Shown in pieces: positions 30,406-38,466 of a stretch of 46,342 nt of DNA. Below the pieces are notes generated by a model. It searched no databases. It was not told the origin of the DNA and was given only the letters and a program-made list of their open reading frames with translations. The stretch's first letter is position 1, and each line of letters begins with the position of its first letter. The position numbers and the translations under genes were made by a program. This DNA is from Myxococcota bacterium (GTDB taxonomy: Bacteria; Myxococcota; UBA4151), in NCBI GenBank assembly GCA_040260805.1, contig JBDQPD010000012.1, positions 1 through 46,342 on the forward strand, given 5' to 3'.

Positions 30406-31099
30406 GGAGTTTAATCGGGCTGAAGTTGAGGTAATCGCACGCCACTAAATGGTAGTTCACCCCATTGTGTTCACCTTGGAATGCTCGGTTGTGGCTGTTG
30501 CGTCCATGCAGGTGACCAAAGATGCAGGTTTGGGTCCCGGTGGCCTCGATCATGTCGGTAAAGACCGACGGCTGATGCTCGCGAAATGGTGGATAATGCA
30601 CCATGATGATCAACTCTTTGCCGTCTTTAGCGCATTGCTTTTTTGCGAGGTTGAGGCTCAGCTGAAGGCGCTCAATCTCACGCTTGTAGATTCGGTCATC
30701 TTCTTCGCTGAAGCGGCGATGCCCGGGTTGGTTCCAGAGCCTAGCGCCGGCGATACGATAGTTGTTCCATTCGAGCGTATCATTTTGCAGCGCCATCAGA
30801 CTGTCAGGCATCGCCTTTCGGACCTTACCGATCCCTTCCCACCAATAATCATGGTTTCCCTTGAGCAGCATTTTCGTGCCGGGACGTTCATGGATCCATT
30901 GCAGGTCTTTGGACGCCTCTTCGAGCTTGAGCGCCCAGGAGTTGTCGCCGGGAACCAAGACCAAATCATCTGGGTTCACCGCATCATCCCAAGCCTCAGC
31001 CATGCGATCATGATGCCCAATCCAATGGTCGCCAAAAACGTCCATCGGCTTGTCGCTGTTCAAACTCAGGTGAAGATCCGAGATCGCCCAGATTGCCAT
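30398..31099 (-). CDS. Calcineurin-like metallophosphoesterase
   Basis: SDLH, PGDNSWA, GNHDYWW, HYPP, GHLH metal-binding motifs; GGGAG SD. Confidence 0.92.
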   Translation of the reverse strand: MAIWAISDLHLSLNSDKPMDVFGDHWIGHHDRMAEAWDDAVNPDDLVLVPGDNSWALKLEEASKDLQWIHERPGTKMLLKGNHDYWWEGIGKVRKAMPDSLMALQNDTLEWNNYRIAGARLWNQPGHRRFSEEDDRIYKREIERLQLSLNLAKKQCAKDGKELIIMVHYPPFREHQPSVFTDMIEATGTQTCIFGHLHGRNSHNRAFQGEHNGVNYHLVACDYLNFSPIKLRD

Positions 31100-31152
31100 A
31101 CTAGACTCCCAACGCCCTGCCTGCCTAAACCACAGGGAGGCAGGAGGAGCAA

Positions 31153-31590
31153 TTGAGACCTTACATTTGTGTGGCGCTGGCTATGGTTTTGGCGTGCTCA
31201 GGTGCTGTCGATCGAACGCCGCCTCGTCAGGATGTCGGCTTGCCGTTAGCGCCCGATCTACCGAAAGAGTTGAGCGATAAAATACCGGTCAACCCCCTCG
31301 CGATCGCTGCGCTTGATCTACCGGTTCCCCAGGGCTGCACGGTCCAGGATAGCGTCCCTAAAGACCGTCGCGTGCTCGATTGTCCTGAGCGGTTTGAGCC
31401 GACCATGCCGAAGGGCTGGCGCCGGGTGGGGGAGCTGCCTATCTGGACGAGTCAAGGACGCTCATTCGCTCAGAGTTGGGCTCGGCGAGGTGATCGCTGG
31501 TGGCTGACTCAAAGCCTGCATCAATCAAAGGGTGACCATGACTCCGGTGCATCGGCCTCGGGCAAGGCATCATCGAGCGCGCCGCAGTAA
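31153..31590 (+). CDS. Hypothetical lipoprotein
   Basis: AGGAGG SD, lipobox VLAC; 3' end overlaps rlmE by 70 nt on the opposite strand. Confidence 0.55.
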   Translation: MRPYICVALAMVLACSGAVDRTPPRQDVGLPLAPDLPKELSDKIPVNPLAIAALDLPVPQGCTVQDSVPKDRRVLDCPERFEPTMPKGWRRVGELPIWTSQGRSFAQSWARRGDRWWLTQSLHQSKGDHDSGASASGKASSSAPQ

Positions 31591-32165
31591 TCCAGACCGA
31601 TCAAGAAGATCTCAAAGCTGTTCTTTCGAGTAGCCGGCGGGCGCAGACGCTCAAAACGAGTAAAGGATGAGCTGAGCCGTTCTTCGAGCGCTTTGAGGGG
31701 CTCCCCTTGAAAGGCTTTAGCGCACCAGTTGCCACCCGGCCTCAGCAACCGAGGACAGACCTCAAAGGCAGCGGTCGTGAGCTGCGCTGAGCGCTCTTGG
31801 TCGACGCTGCGCACACCCGTGGTGTTCGGCGCCATATCTGAAACGACCACATCAAAACGCTGACCGTCGGGGTTGAGTTCATGAAGCGGTGTTTTGAGCA
31901 AATCGCCGCGTAGAATACGCACCCGATCAGACACCACAGCGCGCACCGTTTTCAGATCGATGCCGACGACTTGGCCACGCCCTCCCACCGTTTTGTCCAG
32001 ATACTGAAGCCACGACCCAGGCGCGCAGCCCAAATCGAGCGCTCGATCGCCGGATCGAATCAGCTTGAAGCGTTGGTCAATGGCCTCGAGTTTATAAATT
32101 GATCGCGCCGCAAAACCTTCTTTTTGCGCTTTATGGAAAAAGCCGTCTTTTCGGTTGTACGCCAT
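31521..32165 (-). CDS. rlmE: 23S rRNA Um2552 2'-O-methyltransferase (RlmE/RrmJ/FtsJ)
   Basis: RSIYKL, DLGCAPGSW, SDMAP, K-D-K-E catalytic tetrad. Confidence 0.93.
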   Translation of the reverse strand: MAYNRKDGFFHKAQKEGFAARSIYKLEAIDQRFKLIRSGDRALDLGCAPGSWLQYLDKTVGGRGQVVGIDLKTVRAVVSDRVRILRGDLLKTPLHELNPDGQRFDVVVSDMAPNTTGVRSVDQERSAQLTTAAFEVCPRLLRPGGNWCAKAFQGEPLKALEERLSSSFTRFERLRPPATRKNSFEIFLIGLDYCGALDDALPEADAPESWSPFD

Positions 32166-32180
32166 GGACTGTCTGTACCT

Positions 32181-32213
32181 AAAAACCATGAAGCCGCCCA
32201 GTTGGGCGGCTTC
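32181..32213 (-). terminator. Probable terminator between rplC and rlmE
   Basis: Perfect 10-bp stem GAAGCCGCCC/GGGCGGCTTC; T run shortly downstream on the minus strand. Confidence 0.65.
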
Positions 32214-32245
32214 GAGGTTACGTTTCGGCGATCGGAAGCGAGAGT

Positions 32246-32890
32246 TTACTTCTTCACCGCCGGACGAACTTCGATCACGCCGTTGCGAGGACCAGGTACG
32301 CCGCCTTTGACGAGCACCAAGTTCCGCTCAGCGTCGACGCGGACCACTTTGAGATTTTGGACCGTGTGGCGCTTGTTGCCATGCTGTCCAGCCATCTTCT
32401 TGCCCTTGAAAACACGCCCTGGGAAGGTACCCATACCGATCGAGCCGCCGTGACGGAAATACTCGTGAGTACCGTGGGTCATGGTGTTGCAGCCGGCGAA
32501 GTTGTGACGCTTCATGACGCCACTAAAGCCGCTGCCCTTGCTGGTGCCAGCCAGATCAACGTGCTCAACACCTTCAAAGGCTTCGACGGTGACCTGAGCA
32601 CCTGCTTCATAGCCTTCGAGCTCGCCCGCAGGGACGCGGAACTCACGCACAAAAGCGGCCGGCGCTACGCCAGCCTTCTTGAAGTGACCGAGCTGGGGCT
32701 TGCTGAGGTTCTTCTCTTTACGCTCGCCGTAAGCGACCTGAATGGCGGTGTAGCCATCAGTATCTTCGGTGCGAACCTGGGTGATTGAATTCGGGTTCAT
32801 CTCGAGAACCGTGACGGGCACTGCCGTGCCATCGTCAGCGAAAATTTGAGTCATGCCGAGTTTACGACCGATCATTCCATGAAACGCCAT
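32246..32890 (-). CDS. rplC: 50S ribosomal protein L3 (outside the S10 operon)
   Basis: GRKLGMTQIF, DGYTAIQ, GTSKGSGFSGVMKRHNF, PGRVFKGKKMAG, VKGGVPG; AAGGAGG SD. Confidence 0.97.
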   Translation of the reverse strand: MAFHGMIGRKLGMTQIFADDGTAVPVTVLEMNPNSITQVRTEDTDGYTAIQVAYGERKEKNLSKPQLGHFKKAGVAPAAFVREFRVPAGELEGYEAGAQVTVEAFEGVEHVDLAGTSKGSGFSGVMKRHNFAGCNTMTHGTHEYFRHGGSIGMGTFPGRVFKGKKMAGQHGNKRHTVQNLKVVRVDAERNLVLVKGGVPGPRNGVIEVRPAVKK

Positions 32891-32932
32891 CTAAACCTCC
32901 TTGATGTAGACCGTTTAACACAGTGGAGCCGC

Positions 32933-32961
32933 CGGTTAGGGCAGGCGCCGCTTCGATGCAA
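32933..32961 (-). promoter_or_regulatory. Putative dedicated rplC promoter
   Basis: Minus strand TTGCAT, 17-bp spacer, TAACCG. Confidence 0.35.
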
Positions 32962-32988
32962 TTGAATTCGACCCGCCGGGAGCCACGG

Positions 32989-33019
32989 CAACAGCGTCGC
33001 TTTGAAAGTGACGCTGTTG
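32989..33019. other. Long inverted repeat just downstream of the Cys-rich lipoprotein gene (possible terminator or stabilising hairpin)
   Basis: CAACAGCGTCGCTTT-G-AAAGTGACGCTGTTG; no clear T tract. Confidence 0.5.
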
Positions 33020-33030
33020 AGAACGCTCCG

Positions 33031-34137
33031 CTAGAACGGGGTTAGGCAGCCGTCGAGATTCTCAAAGCAGTTCACTGGATTGGCTTCGAACGCTCGCATG
33101 CAGGCTTGCAGCTCGGGCATGCTGCGATGACCGAGGACCTCAATCATCCGCATGTCGATGCAATCGACCATGTTCATCGGAAGCTCTTCCGGGGGCCGAC
33201 AGTGCTCGTTGCGCAAGCTGCAGTATTGCCAGGCTAGGCGCTGGGCGAGGCGCTCGTCACGATCGTGGCAAGCGGCTTGGCGACGGCATTGGCAGGCGTT
33301 GCGATCATCTTCGCCGGCGCATGAGGTGACGATGTTGTCGTAGCAGCGCTCGACAGCTTGGCCGTGGAGCGCGCCGGCAGCGCGCAGCTGCGTTGCGCAG
33401 CCGGCAGCGCATTCCTCACCAAAGCGCGGCGGCTCGCAGGCTGTCGCTGGCGTGCGGAAATCGACAATCCCGGTGCAGATGTTGTCGCAGATCGACACCG
33501 GCCAGTTTTGCGCCAGCGTCGCAGGAGCACAACGAGTTCGCTGGCCGCAGTCACTGGTTTCGATGCATTCTTTGACCATCCGGAACAGGTTCACGTCCAT
33601 GTCGGCGGTTTGCGTCGTGCAAGCGGCCGTGCAGGCTTCTTGTGATTCGGCGCCGAAGACCACTTGCCGGTCCTGCGGGCACTCGATGGGCTGCCCCGGG
33701 CCACCGTCGTTACCGAAGCTCCAACCCGAAAATCCCCACTGGCAGATTTCAGAGCAGCGCATCTCGCGACTCAGGACCATGGCCCCTGCGTCCGGGTCGA
33801 TGGTACCGATGTCGTGATTGTTGTATCCGGCATCACCCTGAACAGGCGCTCCACCATCGGTCGGTGCTGGCTGGCTTCCGCCATCCTGTACGGGGGGAGT
33901 CGTGCCTGAATCAGTCGCTGGTGCGCTGCCCGCGTCTTCGGCCGGAACCTGAACTCCGGCATCAACCGGTTGAGCGGTTTCGCAGGAGCACATTCCGTCA
34001 GCAAAGTTGCCCGTCGAGTGCCCTGCACCGATGCAACTTTGCTCACACTGAGCTTGTTGATCGACGTCGTCGCTGTCCGAGGTGCAGCTGGTCAGAGCGA
34101 GAAGAGCGGTGAGCGCTAGGGCGCGAGTGTACATCAT
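33031..34137 (-). CDS. Cys-rich lipoprotein of unknown function
   Basis: AAGGAG SD, lipobox LTSC, P/D/G-rich linker, many C-x3-C pairs. Confidence 0.75.
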   Translation of the reverse strand: MMYTRALALTALLALTSCTSDSDDVDQQAQCEQSCIGAGHSTGNFADGMCSCETAQPVDAGVQVPAEDAGSAPATDSGTTPPVQDGGSQPAPTDGGAPVQGDAGYNNHDIGTIDPDAGAMVLSREMRCSEICQWGFSGWSFGNDGGPGQPIECPQDRQVVFGAESQEACTAACTTQTADMDVNLFRMVKECIETSDCGQRTRCAPATLAQNWPVSICDNICTGIVDFRTPATACEPPRFGEECAAGCATQLRAAGALHGQAVERCYDNIVTSCAGEDDRNACQCRRQAACHDRDERLAQRLAWQYCSLRNEHCRPPEELPMNMVDCIDMRMIEVLGHRSMPELQACMRAFEANPVNCFENLDGCLTPF

Positions 34138-34216
34138 GAAGGACTCCTTGGCCTGGGCTTCTTAGCCTGAGTTGGCGGTGTAGCCAACGCCAACTCTCAC
34201 GCTCCGCCTACTTTCC

Positions 34217-36181
34217 TCAGCGCTGTAGCGCTTCGAGGCGGTTCAAGCCCAGCTTGAGCGAGCTCGCTGCGAGGATCAGGCCGATCACAATGGGCGCAAC
34301 CAGCAGCGCAGTTTGTCGCAAGACATTGATCGTGCCGCGCGCCTCTGCGTAGACGTAGCCCGAACAAAAACCGGTCAAGATGGTGGCGTAGGTCATCGAC
34401 AAGACGATGAACAAGATCCCGCCGGGCCCTTGGACCAACTGACTGACATTGACGAAGCGAAAGTCGGGCATCGCAGCGCCTAAGCCGATGCCGAGGCAAC
34501 AGGTCACGAGCGCATTCCCTAAAGACATAGCGACCGCCATCGCTGTGAGCTGAGGAGTAAACTGCAAGGCGCTGCACACCACCCAGGCGATCGAAGTTCC
34601 CAAAATAATGGTCGGCAGTAGGGCGGTAGCGAGTTTGGCGAAGAGCATCCGCCTCATGCTGATGGGCGCCGCTCGAACCAACCAAAAAGCTTCACCCTCG
34701 AGGCTGACCAACGGAAAGACCAATCGGGCAGCCGCTGCGGAGGTGAGCAAGGTGCCAATCCAGGCTCCAATCCCAAAGATGACGACGCTTGCGTAAGGCA
34801 GCACCTCAGCCAGATCGCTCAGGTTGCTGCGCTCCGCTGCTGCCGCAAAGCCCCAGCCGCTCAATGCGATCATGCCTGCGATGACCAGAGCTTGGGTCCA
34901 CTGGGTGGCGTCTCGGGTGAAGATCAGCGCGTCCTTGAGCATAAAGGGCGCGAGCTTGGCGGGCATGAACCGGCGAAGACTGAGCACGAGTCGAGTGCTT
35001 CCTTGGACCCCCTTTGGTTTGACCTCGGGCTGCCCGGTTTGGCTTTGCCCGTAGGCGATCGCGTAGCTTGTACGAGCGACTAAGGTCCCAAGGCCGATCA
35101 GGATGAAACCAATTCCTAAGAGCGCGAAGGGTGGCCAAAGCGGCGCTGTTTTGGGTGGTTTCTTCATATTGAAAAAGGGCAGCTTGCCGCTCAGCGTGCG
35201 CAGATTATCCAGCAGGCTGGCGTCGCCTTTGCGTCGCTTACTGTAGATAAAGCCCTCGAGCCCGAGCCGAAGCCACGGCTGATCGCCGGTCACCTTGAGC
35301 GCATCTTCAAGCAGTTTGTCCGTGCGCTCCTCGGCGAGCCCTCGGTCCGAGTAAAACCCGAGCGCCGCGAGGTCACCATGCAGGGCGATATCGACGCTGT
35401 GCGATAGCCAATCCGTAGGCAGCCAGCGGACCTCCGAACGGTCCATCGAGCGAACGTTTTCGATAAAGTTATCGATGCCTTCGGGGCTGAGCACTTTATC
35501 CAGTCGAAGGTATTGGCCCGCTCCATACAATCCCATGCCGCCGACAATAGCGCCGACTAAGAGCGCATTGCGGAGTCGGTTCGCGCTGACAAAACGTCCG
35601 ACTAAAACGGCGATCATGCAGCTTGCGGCAGCCGGAACCAAGGTCAGCGCGGGTAAGCCCACCCCGATCAAGACGGTCAACGCGAAGACATCGGGTTCGG
35701 TCCCTGTGCCCGGTGTCTCTACGATCAGCTTGGACCAAGCGCGCGCAAAGCCGAGGACGACGGGGACCACAAAGGTCACGGGCATCCAGGCGGTCTGCAG
35801 CCAGATGATGAGTAAGCGGTCGAGGAAGAGCGCTTCCTCGCGCAAAGGCGCGGCGCGCAACAAAACGAGATCATCGCTCAAGAGCACTTCGGCGAGCGCA
35901 GCAATAAAGCTTGAGAGCAGTAAGATCCCCAGCGCAATGAGCATCAGATAATCGAGTAAGACCGCCGTGAGCAGGCCACCCACATAGTCCGTGCGTGAGA
36001 TAATCCAATACAAGAACTTATGAGCGCCACCGTACAAGGCGCCGGTGAACAAGAGCCCACCAATGACGACCAGCGCGCCCCGAATCCACCCGGCTCTTCC
36101 GGCCGAGCGAACGGCCCCGCGCATGCGCTGGATCCGGCCGCCTAAGAGTAAGCTAAGATCGCTAGCGATGCTTCGCTTCAC
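34217..36181 (-). CDS. Putative ABC transporter permease
   Basis: Many TM helices, DLVLLRAAPL and SLEGEAFWLVRAAPI signatures; coupled to the ATPase gene. Confidence 0.8.
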   Translation of the reverse strand: MKRSIASDLSLLLGGRIQRMRGAVRSAGRAGWIRGALVVIGGLLFTGALYGGAHKFLYWIISRTDYVGGLLTAVLLDYLMLIALGILLLSSFIAALAEVLLSDDLVLLRAAPLREEALFLDRLLIIWLQTAWMPVTFVVPVVLGFARAWSKLIVETPGTGTEPDVFALTVLIGVGLPALTLVPAAASCMIAVLVGRFVSANRLRNALLVGAIVGGMGLYGAGQYLRLDKVLSPEGIDNFIENVRSMDRSEVRWLPTDWLSHSVDIALHGDLAALGFYSDRGLAEERTDKLLEDALKVTGDQPWLRLGLEGFIYSKRRKGDASLLDNLRTLSGKLPFFNMKKPPKTAPLWPPFALLGIGFILIGLGTLVARTSYAIAYGQSQTGQPEVKPKGVQGSTRLVLSLRRFMPAKLAPFMLKDALIFTRDATQWTQALVIAGMIALSGWGFAAAAERSNLSDLAEVLPYASVVIFGIGAWIGTLLTSAAAARLVFPLVSLEGEAFWLVRAAPISMRRMLFAKLATALLPTIILGTSIAWVVCSALQFTPQLTAMAVAMSLGNALVTCCLGIGLGAAMPDFRFVNVSQLVQGPGGILFIVLSMTYATILTGFCSGYVYAEARGTINVLRQTALLVAPIVIGLILAASSLKLGLNRLEALQR

Positions 36182-36942
36182 AGCAGGTCCAAAGCGATCG
36201 CCACCTCTTTGTCGCTGGTTTCGCCGCCGGTGATGCGCAGGAAGATCGACTCGAGGTTCTCATCACCTGCCACCGTATCACGGAGCTCATCGACAGCGCC
36301 GGTGGCGGCGAGCTCACCTCCGAGCAAGATGCCCACTCGATCGCAGACCTCTTCGGCGGTTTCGAGGCTGTGGGTGGATAAAAATACCGCCATACCTTGA
36401 TCGTGGGCTGCGGATTTAAAGATCTCTTTGACCAGCCGAGAGCCTTGGGGGTCGAGCCCCACCATCGGCTCGTCAACCACCAGGACCTGCGGGCGGTGCA
36501 AGAAGGCGCCTGCCATGACCAAGCGCTGCTTCATACCGTGGGAGAAGCTTTGCACGAGCTCTTGGCGTCGATCGTCGAGCTTGAACAATTCGAGCATCTG
36601 CTCGGCGCGCCGCTCGAGATCGTTTCCACTCATTCCGTACAGCCCGCCGATAAAGTTCAAAAACTCACCAGCGGTCAGGAGATCATACAAAAAGGGGCGG
36701 TCAGGGATGTACCCAAGGATCTGCCGCACCGCGAGCGGGTCGTCGGTGATGTCCTTACCCCCGACGGTGATGACTCCATCGGTGATCGGCGTCAGCCCCA
36801 TGAGCATTTTGAGGGTGGAGGTCTTTCCGGCGCCGTTTGGTCCGAGAAAACCAAAGACTTCACCCGCCCGGATTTCGAGATCCAGACTGTTGACTGCGAT
36901 GCGGTCGCCGTAGCGTTTGGAGACGTGGTCAAAGCGTATCAT
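36178..36942 (-). CDS. ABC transporter ATP-binding protein
   Basis: Walker A GPNGAGKT, signature FSHGMKQR, Walker B VVDEP, H-loop STH. Confidence 0.95.
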   Translation of the reverse strand: MIRFDHVSKRYGDRIAVNSLDLEIRAGEVFGFLGPNGAGKTSTLKMLMGLTPITDGVITVGGKDITDDPLAVRQILGYIPDRPFLYDLLTAGEFLNFIGGLYGMSGNDLERRAEQMLELFKLDDRRQELVQSFSHGMKQRLVMAGAFLHRPQVLVVDEPMVGLDPQGSRLVKEIFKSAAHDQGMAVFLSTHSLETAEEVCDRVGILLGGELAATGAVDELRDTVAGDENLESIFLRITGGETSDKEVAIALDLL

Positions 36943-37081
36943 CGAGGGGACTCTGCCAAAGCCCGCGCCACTGTACAAATCCCCTTCGTCGGTTAACGTA
37001 GATGAGGACCAAGCCCTTGTCGGCGCAAACCCGAGTCTCTAGGCTCTGTTCGTCGGCTCGTGCGGGATGAAAGAAGGACCA

Positions 37082-37636
37082 ATGATCGTTGCAGAATCAG
37101 CCTTTGATGGTGCCGTTTTGGTCTTTGAGCCGACGATTCACGGTGATGAACGTGGTTGTTTCTTTGAAGCCTTCAGGGCGGACCGGCTCGCTGAGCTTGG
37201 TGTTCATGGGCCATGGGTCCAGGACAACCACTCGATCTCGCGAGCGGGCGTGCTGCGTGGGATTCATTATCAGTGGGATTCGCCCCAGGGTAAGCTGGTT
37301 CGAGTAGGGCAAGGAAGGGCATGGGATCTGGTGGTCGATCTGCGCCAAGACAGCCCGACTTTTGGGTCGTGGAAGGGCTTTGACTTAAATGCGGAAAACC
37401 ATCGTCAAATCTGGGTTCCTGCAGGTTTTGGGCATGCATTTTTGGCGCTCGAGGATGAGACTCATCTGCTCTACAAATGTTCGGCGGTTTACAACGGGCA
37501 AGGGGAAGGGAACATTCATCCCTTCGACGAAGACCTTGCGATTGAGTGGCCGTGGCGACGCGATCGCATTGCGCTGAGCCCACGTGATCACGCGGCTCCT
37601 AGCTTTTCGAGTTACCGTGGTGCTCCGCGTTTCTAA
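37082..37636 (+). CDS. rfbC: dTDP-4-dehydrorhamnose 3,5-epimerase
   Basis: DERG.F.E, VQDNHS.S..GVLRG.HYQ, QGKLVR, P.GFGHAF. Alternative start 37067. Confidence 0.95.
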   Translation: MIVAESAFDGAVLVFEPTIHGDERGCFFEAFRADRLAELGVHGPWVQDNHSISRAGVLRGIHYQWDSPQGKLVRVGQGRAWDLVVDLRQDSPTFGSWKGFDLNAENHRQIWVPAGFGHAFLALEDETHLLYKCSAVYNGQGEGNIHPFDEDLAIEWPWRRDRIALSPRDHAAPSFSSYRGAPRF

Positions 37637-37698
37637 CCCGCCTTGGCTTTGATTGGGTTCAAGCTGCGCGGTCAGATCACGCAACAAAAGAGCACCCA

Positions 37699-37738
37699 CT
37701 GCTTGTTTGTTCAGTGTTTCTACTGTACAAATACTCAG
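37699..37738 (+). promoter_or_regulatory. Two tandem putative LexA operators upstream of lexA
   Basis: CTGCTTGTTTGTTCAG (37699-37714) and CTGTACAAATACTCAG (37723-37738); both are CTG-N10-CAG. Confidence 0.7.
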
Positions 37739-37763
37739 CACGATACTGTGGAGCACCGCGACC

Positions 37764-38417
37764 ATGCTTGAACTGACCGCCCGACAAACTGAAATTTTGG
37801 AGTTTTTGCGCACTTTTACCCGGCAGCAGGGCTACCCTCCGACCATGCGTGAGATTGCGTCAACCTTCGGGTTCTCCTCGACCAACGCAGCCGCGTCGCA
37901 CGTCAAAGCGCTCGAGAAAAAGGGCGTCATTCGGCGCGATCAGAACCGCAGCCGTGGGATCGTGGTCTGTGATGAGCCGGTGCCAACGCCGAGTAATCTC
38001 ATTAACTTTTTACCGCAGAGCGAACCGGTTCGAATCCCCGTTCTAGGTCAGGTTGCGGCGGGGCAGCCTCTGCTCGCAGAGGAGCACGTCGAAGAGACCT
38101 TGCTGGTCGATCCGATGTTCACTCAGGGCCGGCGAGAAGATGTCTTTAGCCTGGTGATCAGCGGCGAGTCGATGATCGAAGCTGGCATCCACGATGGCGA
38201 TTATGTCTTTGTGCGAGCGTCGAGCGTGGCCCGCCCGGGCGACATGGTGATCGCCATGATCGACGGAGACACCACCTGTAAATATTACCACCCAGAGGCA
38301 GGGTCTATCCGTCTGCAGCCCGCTAATTCCAGCATGGCGCCGATCCTTTGGTACCCCGACGAGGGGCGCGAGTTTTCGATTCTCGGTTTAGTGATCGGTG
38401 TGTACCGCCGAGTCTAG
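37764..38417 (+). CDS. lexA: SOS repressor LexA
   Basis: LTARQ..IL, GYPPT.REI wHTH, cleavage site VAAG.P, catalytic Ser (GESM) and Lys (TCK). Confidence 0.96.
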   Translation: MLELTARQTEILEFLRTFTRQQGYPPTMREIASTFGFSSTNAAASHVKALEKKGVIRRDQNRSRGIVVCDEPVPTPSNLINFLPQSEPVRIPVLGQVAAGQPLLAEEHVEETLLVDPMFTQGRREDVFSLVISGESMIEAGIHDGDYVFVRASSVARPGDMVIAMIDGDTTCKYYHPEAGSIRLQPANSSMAPILWYPDEGREFSILGLVIGVYRRV

Positions 38418-38466
38418 GCTTTAAAGAAAAGCTGGCGTTGAACCCAAGGTTCATTAGGCTCGCCTC

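Noticed and set aside
37082..37636. rfbC as part of a polysaccharide biosynthesis island
   Set aside because: No other rml or O-antigen genes are adjacent and no compositional shift is evident by eye.
38439..38453. TGAAC-CCAAG-GTTCA palindrome downstream of lexA as an SOS box
   Set aside because: The spacer is 5 nt rather than 4 and it lacks the CTG/CAG ends of the two lexA-proximal sites; it could be another operator but nothing supports that.
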